DNA of 64,000 nucleotides from Candidatus Heimdallarchaeota archaeon (GCA_048881705.1 JBHLSH010000002.1:114109-178108), one strand, 5' to 3'; positions 19,075-28,032 are shown, counted from the stretch's first letter. Numbers and translations are program-made. The notes: generated from the sequence alone by a model not told the origin.

Positions 19075-22000
19075 TTGTCATTCGTCCTTGACCCTCCCAC
19101 ACTATTTGTTATCGGTATGATTCTTGCAGTATTGAATAAGAAATTCCTCCCCGCACAGTTAACAAGGATATTAGGGTTTCTTGTGGTCTTAATATTCTGG
19201 TGGGCTAGTATTGGCCTGTATCTAGACCTTTTCATGTGGCCTTTCAACTTGTTCGATTGGACGCCACCGAAGTTGTTTGAACCTATCGGTGGAAAACAGT
19301 GGATGCTTCACACGGATCTGACTGGGATAACAGATATCCCGACCATATTAGCAGCTCTTATTTTCGCCCTATATCCCTTATTCCTTTGGTTAGGTTATGA
19401 GATCACGCGGGGAATAATCGATCCTCATTCTATTCGAATCGTATCGAAACGAGTGTACGGTACGGATGATGTACGCTCACGACTTCGCGCGAGGCAAAAG
19501 AATGCTCCAGTTCTCTTATCGACCGTAAGAAATCCTGACCCTAAAAAAGCGGTACGAGAAGCGGTGAGGTTGGTGGGTGGAATTATTAAATTTATTAAAC
19601 CTGGTGATCATGTAGTCATTAAACCAAATATTAGTGGGGGTAATCCCGAGGTACCAGGATCCTATACATCAATTGAAGTTGTTGATGTCTTGATTGATAT
19701 GATTCGTGAAGTGGGGGGAATTCCGACAGCTGTCGTCGATTCTGATATGGTCTGGACCGATTTTGAGGATGTAGCAAGAGCAGAGGGGTGGATGGAATGG
19801 AGTAAACACAAGGACATTCCTCTGATTAATTTAAGAAAGACAGACTGTGTTCGATTCGATTTCGGAAAACAATCAAAGATTGGTATTTCTGTTGTTTCTA
19901 AATTGATGCTTGACGCAGATGTAATTGTTTCTATTCCTAGTATGAAGACTCACTTGCTAACAGGCGTAACCTTAGGAATGAAGAATTTCTATGGAACCCT
20001 TCCCGAGGGGGATAAAGCAAAATATCATAAAACTGGAATAGAGGACGTTATTGTAGATATGAATATAGCCTTCCCTCCCACATTAACCATTATTGATGGA
20101 AGTGTTGGAGGCGAAGCAATAGGACCATTAACGTGCCGTCCAGTAAATTTTCAGACGGTAATCGTATCTAACGATGTAGTTACCGCTGATGCTTTGGCTG
20201 CATTCATGATGGGATTCGACCCCGTAAATGAGATCGAACACATCAAAAAGGCACATCACCTTGGTCTCGGAAACGCGAGCGTTACCTTTGATTGGAGTTC
20301 ATTTCCGTATCCACACAAAAAGGACGGTAATTGGATTAGGACTGATCCACAGGTAAGTCAATTCTATAATGAAGCTATCGAATTGGCGCTAGAAATTCCA
20401 ACAATGAAAAAGTTCATGAATGCGGCCTCTGATTTTCTTTTATACGATACTGCCACGCTTCCCGTCTTTAAAAATGTAACACCGGCCGTTCTCGGTGTCG
20501 TGGGAGACATCATTTCAGGTGTTTTCAACATATGGGGTAAGATGCGGGGGGGAAGGAAAAAAACCCGAATCGCCAGTAAAATCGAGGAAAAGTTGTATCC
20601 CCAACGAATTACAGGAGAAGCTTGGCCAAGCAAGAAACTTCAGGACACTTTATTGGCCATACGGGGTACGACAGAATTTCAACACAATCCAACAATGGAA
20701 AACGCTATTGATCTCACCCCGACTCAACCAAAAGAAGCTAGTGAGCTGGGGCAGACTTTCAATCCAGAAATCCTCCTTGAGGGTGTAGAGCTTCGTAGTG
20801 AGGCCAACACATTTAGTGGGATGATGTATCGAGTTCTTGAAAATCCTCAGAACCTGAATGAACGTTGTATTCAATATATATATACATGGACGTCGCAAAA
20901 ATGGTTTTGGAGCAATTGGTATAACATATTGGTTCCATTTTTCTTGGCCGCTCTTGGAATCATCATCTTCACTCAAACTGCCGAGGAAAGCTGGTTTTGG
21001 ACCGAATTAACCATAGGATTCACGGTCGGATTTCTCCTCCTTGCGGGACTCTGGCGGGTTTTGAGAACAATTCGCGGATGGAGGCAGACAGGGAAATTTA
21101 AATATATTTACCGCCATCAATTCATCCTAATCCCGTATGCTGCCCTTTTCTCTGTAATCCTGGTTGAACTGCCTTCCAAGTGGGCAGGAACAACATATCT
21201 ACCTCCCATTCCAACAGGAGACCCCCTAATCGGAACGATCTATATTCCTGCTGTTTCTTTGGTTTTCATTGTAATCCCAATATTGGTGCTTTTAATCAAA
21301 CTCCAACCATTCTTCTCCATATTCGCACATAAGATCGATTATGCGCCTGCTTTTGTTTATATCAAGAAAGAAAACGAGCATTGGGTATTTGATAAGGTTA
21401 GATATGATAAGTTCCACCATGATGTTGCAACTAGACGAAGAAAGGAGCTAGGCGGGAAATTACGTGATAATCAGCACGTCAAACTGGCCATACCTGATAG
21501 TTGGCATTCCATGGGACCTACAAGAGGATTTGGGAGATTTTGGTCAGCATTCGGATTTCTAGGCTTTCTAGCCTGCTACGCGATTCTTTTAATTGCGAGA
21601 ATTCAATATCCATCACTCGTTGAAGGAATGGATCTCGTTGGAACTTTAGTCGCTATTAGTCTTCTGTTTGCATACATCTTTTTTACGAAATATCAGAGTA
21701 GACTTCATAAAATGTCCTCAGAAGACTTTATGGACAAGAAGTACAGTCTGAGTCAAGAAAAGTTAGCAATCTTATGGAACCTAGCTGATCCCGACCCTGC
21801 CTTAAAGATCAGACAGAAAATGCAGGACCCGTTCAATGCTAGTTCTTCGTTCTGGGAGAGTTTTTTCGATATGAAAGAGGAGCATATCGTCCAGGATGAA
21901 CTTAACGCGGTTCGAACTCGCACGGGAAGACTTCTTAGCTTTGGTTTTGGAGTTATAACTGTTTTGTTGGCATGGGGAGGCTTTTATTTAGCTGGTTTTT

Positions 22001-22731
22001 GGGATCATTCCTGGACGATGCTTCAAACCCCCGAATATGGTTGGACATTGGCGTTTTTGATTGGTTTCTTCCTGGCTTCCTTGGGATATTTGATTGCATC
22101 CTCGAAACTCCCCTTTAGATCGTTTTTCATTATGTATGTGCTTGTGGTCTTCTGGGCTTGGGGTGAGGAGGGCATTTTCACCACAATAAATTTCTGGAAT
22201 TACTTGGATGGGGATCCCCTCCGTTTGCTATTCATCGTCTTTGGTTGGCCATTTGTTTTCCTCCTGGTCATCGGAATGTCAAATTGGATCTTGAAGTACA
22301 TTCAGCTATCAGATAGCACCGGCGGCATCATTACTAGGATAAAAAACGTCGTTCCTGTTTTATTTCTTATAGGATTATTTGGTGTCTTATCTGTATCAGA
22401 AAACATATTGGATGCGCTTTTAGCCCTGGACCAGACGTATATGTTATTGGTTAGTGGGATAATCGGCCTTTTGATTATTTTCACCCTGTTATTTGGTATA
22501 ACACATACTTTCAAACAGAACATAGTTTTAACAATCATGGCTATGTTTGCAGGAGCGACTCTCGAGATTATAGGTCAGTTGGCCGGGTATTGGACATATG
22601 CTGCCATTTTCCTGACTGGTCCTTATACTATAGTCGTTCCAAACTTCCTCATCATAATATGGGCATTTCGTGTGTTTTCAATTCTCTTTCTTACCCAAAT
22701 CCTCCGCCAGCATATCATCAGGTCAAGCTAG
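19075..22731 (+). CDS. 1218-aa multidomain membrane protein containing a DUF362 domain
   Basis: N-terminal 3-TM module. DUF362 motifs VVIKPN, SMKTH..GVTLGMKNFYG, IIDG..GGEAIGP, DVVTADA. Further TM blocks follow, with C-terminal EEGIFTTINFWNY and LEIIGQLAGYWTY repeats. TTG start after GGTGA. Confidence 0.8.
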   Translation: MSFVLDPPTLFVIGMILAVLNKKFLPAQLTRILGFLVVLIFWWASIGLYLDLFMWPFNLFDWTPPKLFEPIGGKQWMLHTDLTGITDIPTILAALIFALYPLFLWLGYEITRGIIDPHSIRIVSKRVYGTDDVRSRLRARQKNAPVLLSTVRNPDPKKAVREAVRLVGGIIKFIKPGDHVVIKPNISGGNPEVPGSYTSIEVVDVLIDMIREVGGIPTAVVDSDMVWTDFEDVARAEGWMEWSKHKDIPLINLRKTDCVRFDFGKQSKIGISVVSKLMLDADVIVSIPSMKTHLLTGVTLGMKNFYGTLPEGDKAKYHKTGIEDVIVDMNIAFPPTLTIIDGSVGGEAIGPLTCRPVNFQTVIVSNDVVTADALAAFMMGFDPVNEIEHIKKAHHLGLGNASVTFDWSSFPYPHKKDGNWIRTDPQVSQFYNEAIELALEIPTMKKFMNAASDFLLYDTATLPVFKNVTPAVLGVVGDIISGVFNIWGKMRGGRKKTRIASKIEEKLYPQRITGEAWPSKKLQDTLLAIRGTTEFQHNPTMENAIDLTPTQPKEASELGQTFNPEILLEGVELRSEANTFSGMMYRVLENPQNLNERCIQYIYTWTSQKWFWSNWYNILVPFFLAALGIIIFTQTAEESWFWTELTIGFTVGFLLLAGLWRVLRTIRGWRQTGKFKYIYRHQFILIPYAALFSVILVELPSKWAGTTYLPPIPTGDPLIGTIYIPAVSLVFIVIPILVLLIKLQPFFSIFAHKIDYAPAFVYIKKENEHWVFDKVRYDKFHHDVATRRRKELGGKLRDNQHVKLAIPDSWHSMGPTRGFGRFWSAFGFLGFLACYAILLIARIQYPSLVEGMDLVGTLVAISLLFAYIFFTKYQSRLHKMSSEDFMDKKYSLSQEKLAILWNLADPDPALKIRQKMQDPFNASSSFWESFFDMKEEHIVQDELNAVRTRTGRLLSFGFGVITVLLAWGGFYLAGFWDHSWTMLQTPEYGWTLAFLIGFFLASLGYLIASSKLPFRSFFIMYVLVVFWAWGEEGIFTTINFWNYLDGDPLRLLFIVFGWPFVFLLVIGMSNWILKYIQLSDSTGGIITRIKNVVPVLFLIGLFGVLSVSENILDALLALDQTYMLLVSGIIGLLIIFTLLFGITHTFKQNIVLTIMAMFAGATLEIIGQLAGYWTYAAIFLTGPYTIVVPNFLIIIWAFRVFSILFLTQILRQHIIRSS

Positions 22732-22764
22732 GATAATCTTCATGTGACCTACCCTTAGAGGCCT

Positions 22765-22778
22765 TTTTTTCGAAAAAA
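22765..22778. terminator. Palindromic T/A tract, possible bidirectional terminator
   Basis: TTTTTTCGAAAAAA perfect 14-bp palindrome flanked by GGC/GCC, 33 nt after the stop of the 1218-aa gene. Confidence 0.45.
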
Positions 22779-22882
22779 GCCCAGTACTTTAAGAAACCAT
22801 TCAGTGACCCAGTTACTCTCTTGAAAGAAATAATATTGGGCCCCTATAGGATTTACCCTCTCATTTGACCATTTGTACAAAG

Positions 22883-22896
22883 CAAAGGTTTAAAAA
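22883..22896 (+). promoter_or_regulatory. Archaeal BRE-TATA promoter
   Basis: CAAAGG followed by TTTAAAAA (22889-22896). No long + strand ORF starts within 150 nt downstream. Confidence 0.55.
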
Positions 22897-22906
22897 CTTC
22901 CTATGG

Positions 22907-22941
22907 GTTACAATCTTGCCATTCCAAAGAAGGATTGAAAT
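22907..22941 (+). repeat. Solitary degenerate CRISPR-repeat-like sequence
   Basis: GTTACAATCTTGCCATTCCAAAGAAGGATTGAAAT (35 nt): GTT start, internal ATTCCA, AAGGATTGAAA end. Single copy, so not an array. Confidence 0.4.
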
Positions 22942-22949
22942 GGAATCGA

Positions 22950-23015
22950 GGGTGGAAGGGAGGACCTGAGGGTTGGAGGGAAGGAGGCGTCGGCGGGGGG
23001 TGTTTTTCTTTTTTT
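22950..23015 (+). other. G-rich tract (G-quadruplex-capable) followed by U-rich terminator
   Basis: GGG-tggaa-GGG-aggacctga-GGG-ttgga-GGG-N14-GGGGGG (22950-23000), then TTTTTCTTTTTTT (23003-23015). Confidence 0.55.
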
Positions 23016-23075
23016 CCAACATGATATCCAGAGCTCATGATCGATTTACGAAATTCATAGCAGTTTTTCTCCAAA

Positions 23076-23300
23076 ATGACGAGTGCAGATGAGCTTAAAT
23101 ATGGCAATTTTCTAACCAAAATCGATCAATAACTAGCAAAGTTTATCGAAACATTTTTAGACCCCTTTTTTGATTTTGCAACAAGAGAGCCTGTAGAGGC
23201 AAGTTCATTTGATGAAAATTTTCTTGTAGGAACTCTTGTAAATGAGCATATGAGAGACATTATCAGATCGGTTTCACGCGGGAAAAATCTCACAAAATTG
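23076..23300 (+). pseudogene. Possible disrupted 5' part of the downstream gene
   Basis: ATG 23076 reads MTSADELKYGNFLTKIDQ*(TAA 23130)LAKFIETFLDPFFDF...HMRDIIRSVSRGKNLTK. One extra A in the A4 run at 23294-23297 would join it to IVSVIRHIG of ORF 23300. Confidence 0.3.
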
Positions 23301-23893
23301 TGTCGGTAATCAGACACATTGGGGTCGAAATATTGACATATAGCTATTTTGAACTAGCTTCTGTTTTAAAACAGTTACTAGGGTGGACTTCTGAGCAAGC
23401 CCAAGAGGGAGCACGTTTAATTGATGAATTGACTCCTGATGAAGTTTTAGCGAGTTTAAAAGCGGTGTCAAAGCTTCAAACTTCAAAACCAACAGTAGGA
23501 AGACCGAAATCTTATGCACTAGCATGGATTTTACTCCAAAATAATCTTGTAACGCTCGAAGAGTTCGAAACGCTTGTACATCGGCAGTTGGTAGATCAAG
23601 AAATCAAGCGTGATACCTTTTATCGGGCGATGAGAAACGCAAGGAAATTTATTAGTCAGCGAGATCAGCTTAGAAGGGAAAGCGAGAAGCTGACCAGTTA
23701 CGAAAGCATCTGGATTTCATTTCAAGCCAATCGTCTTTCTCCAGAGCAGTTCAAACTTAAAATGTTGGAATTATATAATAATGGAGTAATTGCGGAGGAA
23801 AAGTACCGACATGCCCTAGTTGAGATTGAAAAAATCATAGCCATCCAAAAACGTATGATTGAGCATCAAATCGAAGAAATACGGAAAAAATGA
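23300..23893 (+). CDS. Hypothetical helical protein with TFIIB/cyclin-box-like segment
   Basis: LKQLLGWTSEQAQEGARLIDEL...VGRPKSYALAWILL...TLEEF...IKRDTFYRAMR resembles one TFB repeat. The C-terminus LELYNNGVIAEEKY is SHOCT-like. Confidence 0.55.
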   Translation: MSVIRHIGVEILTYSYFELASVLKQLLGWTSEQAQEGARLIDELTPDEVLASLKAVSKLQTSKPTVGRPKSYALAWILLQNNLVTLEEFETLVHRQLVDQEIKRDTFYRAMRNARKFISQRDQLRRESEKLTSYESIWISFQANRLSPEQFKLKMLELYNNGVIAEEKYRHALVEIEKIIAIQKRMIEHQIEEIRKK

Positions 23894-24012
23894 GAGTTTA
23901 GGGTATCTACTTTTACGGGAGAAGGGTACGGCCAAACCGATCCAGAAGTTCCCAATGGTTTTTAGATCTATTACAAAAGACGGGCATTTCAATGGAATTT
24001 CGGTGAATAACA

Positions 24013-24792
24013 ATGCTAGAAGGTCTTACAGTAAGTATTGGGGTTTTTATCCTTGTTGGTCTTATCACCTTAGTGGGGGCACGATATACGGTGCATATTG
24101 ATTCTCCCCGTGCGCTGATCGGTGCGTATATCTTGTTTCTTACTCTTGCCCAGTTTTTTGCGGCGAAAATTGCTAGTTTTGACTTTGGATTTATAGCAGT
24201 AGTCGCGCCTGTTGGAGTAATTGTGTTTCCATTCACCCTCCAAATAACAGATATGGTAAACGAGAGATTTGGGCGGCAAAAAGTATATGAGATGATTTGG
24301 ATTGCATTAGCAAGTCAGATATGTATGGTTGCTCTTCTATTGCTAGCTACCATGTTACCTATGGCATTTCCAGATCCTGATCCCTTGACGAGTTTTGCCA
24401 TTGTTCCCTCGATTACGATGGCATCCTGGATAGCGTTCTTGGTCAGTGAACGCTTCGATGCATGGATTTATGACCTCATTAGGGGATGGATCGATTCTAC
24501 GCAAGAATGGTATAAGTACCTGTGGATAAGGAACGTGATCAGTGATATTCTAAGCCTAGCGTTAGATTCCATAATTTTTGTACCCTTGGCCTTTAATCTT
24601 CTCCCCACGGCGCTTGGAGCTGTTGACCCCGCGGCTTTAGACCTTGTTACTCCGTGGGATGTGATCATTACGTTGGTTATTGGCCAAATCATTGCGAAAT
24701 GGTTCCTAGGTTTAATTGACACTCCGTTTATGTACTTAACAAGATGGATTTACGAAATGTCACCCTCAAAAACCATCCACACTGACTCCTAA
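24013..24792 (+). CDS. yhhQ: Queuosine/preQ0 precursor transporter (YhhQ, VUT family)
   Basis: FPFTLQITDMVNERFG, ASWIAFLVSERFDAWIY, LWIRNVISDILSLALDSIIF. Confidence 0.88.
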   Translation: MLEGLTVSIGVFILVGLITLVGARYTVHIDSPRALIGAYILFLTLAQFFAAKIASFDFGFIAVVAPVGVIVFPFTLQITDMVNERFGRQKVYEMIWIALASQICMVALLLLATMLPMAFPDPDPLTSFAIVPSITMASWIAFLVSERFDAWIYDLIRGWIDSTQEWYKYLWIRNVISDILSLALDSIIFVPLAFNLLPTALGAVDPAALDLVTPWDVIITLVIGQIIAKWFLGLIDTPFMYLTRWIYEMSPSKTIHTDS

Positions 24793-24801
24793 CTTTGGAC
24801 T

Positions 24802-26961
24802 CTAGATCAATTTTTCTGCCAATCTTTCGAGGATCGTTTCTACTGGTAAAAGCGTGCCGTTCAAGTAGACGTGTGGGTAATGTAAGGAGTAATGATGTAA
24901 TCCCACTCCAAATTGGACAACCAATCTATCTTCCTTTCTGATATCTCGCTGTAATGGCAACTTGCTAATTTCAGCTATTTTTTCCTCTATTTCTCGTTCA
25001 ATTATTGGGAGGAGTCCCGACCAGGAAATTTCTATTGGTTCGTGTCTACGTTGTTTACAAACAAAAATGGCATCAAACTCAATACTTGATTTCCCCCTAA
25101 TTTGGGTTGACGTCTTCATTTCAGACCATACTGGATATACTGCTACGATATAAAAGCCATTTTCCAAAATACTTTGGGTCATTACTGCCCATGCCTCTAC
25201 CTTTTTATGATGGAAGGTGAAGATCATTAGACCTTCGGGTTTTAAAACTCGCCTAACTTCGTTAAATACCGAACTGAGTTCTTTCTGGAAATCCTGTGTC
25301 GTTTTTTTTCTGGTGATATTTGTTATGATCTCGGCCTTTTTGGGAGAAAAGGGTGGTTGGAACCAGGGGTAGGTCTTTTTTAGACCAAGGCGGAGCCAAA
25401 CGTAATAGAAATCGGCCAATTCGCCGTATTGAACATTGCCTGCGTATGGTGGATCTGTAATAACTAAATCAATTGTATCTGTGGGAACATCTAACTCTTG
25501 AGATGAAGAACAATAAAGTAACACAGAACTAGCATTTGAATCTGTTTCTTTTCGGCCGATATCTCGGTAAGAGGCAACGACATTTCCCTTAATGGGCCTC
25601 TTCATTACTCGTCGCTTCGATTCGCCCGATGCTGTAATGTAATATTCATAGGGGTTTTTACAATACTCTTTTATTCGAATGGTTTTTGCAAAAAAATTCC
25701 TAAATGTTCCAGTGCCGTAACGAGCTCCCCACACATTATTTTCAACAGGATTTAACGCATTTACATAGGCGTGTTTTCGATAGAGATTATAGATGTAGTG
25801 ATTCTTACGGTGATATTCACACAAAAGATTCTGATATTCTAGGGCAGTAGAAAACGTAAGCAAGAAAAATTCTCGGACGTTCTCGTCTGCGATCCGTAAA
25901 ATCGCGTCTAATAGCTTACCTAGAGATAGTAACTGCCGTTCATTGAACATCTCTGCAAACGTGTTGATGCCGTGGTTGTGTAGCTCTTTAGTTTTATCCC
26001 CTGGAGGGATTTCTTGAGACGGGATAGGGAGCATATTTTTCATGGCTGTCCATTCGGTTTTTGCTTTTTCAAACAGAAGTAGATCGGCGTTTCCTGCACG
26101 CTTATACCTACGTTTCATGCAGGAGGAGCAATAATATTCTATAGCATACAACCGCATACGCCTTTTCTGCGATAAATTTGCAGATACTATTCTGCTTGAA
26201 TGATTACAAGCTGGACATTGATAAAAACCACGTCTCGCGGTGAACTCGGTAGGATCGAAATTTTTTGCACAGTCGGGACATTCGATTTGTGCTATGGCAT
26301 CAGATGTAAAAACCTGTTCACATTTGGGACAAATAACGTATATTGACGATTTCTTTTTATCGTAGGCGAAGATGTAACTGCGAAACAAGGCAATCTCTGC
26401 TTTGCAGCTTTCGCAGTTGATTTCTTTTATCCAGAAATAATACATAACGTCAGCATCGAGAGAACAGACATCACAGGACGTCTTGTAGTATTCCAGCAAC
26501 TGATCTCTTAGAGCTGACGATAGCTTTTGAAATTCTGCTTCAAGAATACTTAAATCAACAGAATCCATGCTTTTTTTTACAGTAAACCATGCTACAGGGT
26601 TTAAATCACCTCCAATGACTTTACCAAATCCTAAACGAACTGCCTCAAGGATAGTGGTGCCCCCTCCCATAAAAGGATCCAGAACAGATAATTCGGAAAA
26701 ATTATATTCTTTTAGATATGCCTGCCAGAAATCTTTTTCACTCCCAGGCAGATGTTGCCCAGATAGATTGGTTCCGCTGTAGATCAGGATCGCCCTGAAG
26801 ACGGAACCTAAACGGCGGGCAAACCATTTATGCAGCGTTAGGACTGGTCTGTAATATCGTTTCGCGTTACTTTCCCTGTAGGCTAGCTTGCTTACTAATG
26901 TATAAGGAAAAAACTGCTCAATTGTTTTTTCAATTGAATGAGAGGGAGGACTATCTGCCAT
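24802..26961 (-). CDS. Zn-ribbon-containing amino-DNA methyltransferase (COG1743/DUF1156-like), copy 1
   Basis: RP..LHKWFARR N-terminus, motif I DPFMGGGTT, six CxxC pairs, ENNVWG, motif IV DLVITDPPY, FTFHH. Confidence 0.9.
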   Translation of the reverse strand: MADSPPSHSIEKTIEQFFPYTLVSKLAYRESNAKRYYRPVLTLHKWFARRLGSVFRAILIYSGTNLSGQHLPGSEKDFWQAYLKEYNFSELSVLDPFMGGGTTILEAVRLGFGKVIGGDLNPVAWFTVKKSMDSVDLSILEAEFQKLSSALRDQLLEYYKTSCDVCSLDADVMYYFWIKEINCESCKAEIALFRSYIFAYDKKKSSIYVICPKCEQVFTSDAIAQIECPDCAKNFDPTEFTARRGFYQCPACNHSSRIVSANLSQKRRMRLYAIEYYCSSCMKRRYKRAGNADLLLFEKAKTEWTAMKNMLPIPSQEIPPGDKTKELHNHGINTFAEMFNERQLLSLGKLLDAILRIADENVREFFLLTFSTALEYQNLLCEYHRKNHYIYNLYRKHAYVNALNPVENNVWGARYGTGTFRNFFAKTIRIKEYCKNPYEYYITASGESKRRVMKRPIKGNVVASYRDIGRKETDSNASSVLLYCSSSQELDVPTDTIDLVITDPPYAGNVQYGELADFYYVWLRLGLKKTYPWFQPPFSPKKAEIITNITRKKTTQDFQKELSSVFNEVRRVLKPEGLMIFTFHHKKVEAWAVMTQSILENGFYIVAVYPVWSEMKTSTQIRGKSSIEFDAIFVCKQRRHEPIEISWSGLLPIIEREIEEKIAEISKLPLQRDIRKEDRLVVQFGVGLHHYSLHYPHVYLNGTLLPVETILERLAEKLI

Positions 26962-27027
26962 ACTGTGCTCACACAGTTGAATTGGTCAAAGGTTAAATTA
27001 AGACTTTATAAACTGAGAATAATTTTC

Positions 27028-28032
27028 TCAGGAAGTCGGAATGTGAATTCCAAATGCTAATACCGGCAAATAAATAAGGGCAGCAAATACTGCTGATACA
27101 GGAGTGGTTATCACCCAGCTTAATCCGATTTCTTTCAGTGAATCCCTATCAACTTTCTCTTTATTCACAAAACCAACGCCAATGAAGGCTGCAACTAAAA
27201 TGTGGGATCCTGATAAGGGTATCCCCATCAATGTCCCAAAAAACATTATGAAGCTTACTGAAATCGATGCTGATAGAGCGGATGTTGGAGAAAGTGCAAC
27301 TACATCAGAGGAAAGCTTTTTCACTACCCTCCTCCCAATCAATATGACCCCTAAACACATGCCCAATCCTCCCGCGAATAAGGCTGGGAAAGGATCCGCG
27401 ATGAACTCCTCTATGGCCATTAAAGGTCCAATAGCCTTGGCTACGTCGTTTCCAGCGCGACTGAAAACGGAAACCAGAAGAAAGACGGCCAAAGCATAAG
27501 AGGCCATTTTTTCTTGACGTTCATAATCTGAATACCCCTTCGTTTTGATACGACTCCTACCTTTCATTATAAGCCAGTAAAAAACGAACCCACCAATTAA
27601 ACCAAGTAAGGGAGAAATAATCCAGCTCATAGCTACCCAGAACAATGTCCCATAATTTAGGCCACTAAATCCCCCTCCTGGTGCAAGTAGAACAACCCCA
27701 ATCACGGATCCTACTACACTTTGTGTTGTACTGATGGGAACACCTTTGATTGATACGATAAACAACCAGATAGCCATAGAAATGAGTATTACAAACACCA
27801 TTTCCAAGGTTAAAGTAAAAGTGGCGAATTTATTGCCAACAGTTTTTGACACAGATTGGCCTAAGATGAAGACCCCAAATAGATTAAATATCCCCCCAAG
27901 TAATACCGCCAAACTCAATGTCAATAAACCTGCACCAACTGCGGGTGTCATTGTTTCATCATTGGCGCCGATCGCAATGGCGACAACAAATCCGAGTACG
28001 AGCGAACCATATAGGATGATTGGATCAGTCAT
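27028..28032 (-). CDS. pit: Inorganic phosphate transporter, PiT family
   Basis: AIGAND signature, GVPISTTQSVVG, AGNDVAKAIG, GIPLSGSH. Confidence 0.92.
   Translation of the reverse strand: MTDPIILYGSLVLGFVVAIAIGANDETMTPAVGAGLLTLSLAVLLGGIFNLFGVFILGQSVSKTVGNKFATFTLTLEMVFVILISMAIWLFIVSIKGVPISTTQSVVGSVIGVVLLAPGGGFSGLNYGTLFWVAMSWIISPLLGLIGGFVFYWLIMKGRSRIKTKGYSDYERQEKMASYALAVFLLVSVFSRAGNDVAKAIGPLMAIEEFIADPFPALFAGGLGMCLGVILIGRRVVKKLSSDVVALSPTSALSASISVSFIMFFGTLMGIPLSGSHILVAAFIGVGFVNKEKVDRDSLKEIGLSWVITTPVSAVFAALIYLPVLAFGIHIPTS

Noticed and set aside
22907-22941. A true CRISPR array
   Set aside because: Only one repeat-like unit was found, with no periodic repeats and no cas genes in the window.
22951-22965. 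GGAAGGGAG as SRP RNA helix 8
   Set aside because: It lacks the complementary CCC/CAGG strand needed for the helix, and the region is far shorter than archaeal 7S RNA.
22901-23119. Pro-rich minus-strand ORF (HPPPTPPSLQPSGPP)
   Set aside because: Short and without family motifs. Its composition is the mirror of the G-rich tract, which is bracketed by + strand promoter and terminator signals. It is not fully excluded.
24013-26961. yhhQ next to DNA-modifying genes as a 7-deazaguanine (dpd) DNA modification island
   Set aside because: No dpdA/tgt-like, queC/D/E or folE genes are present. yhhQ is convergent with the MTase, and preQ0 salvage for archaeosine is a simpler explanation.
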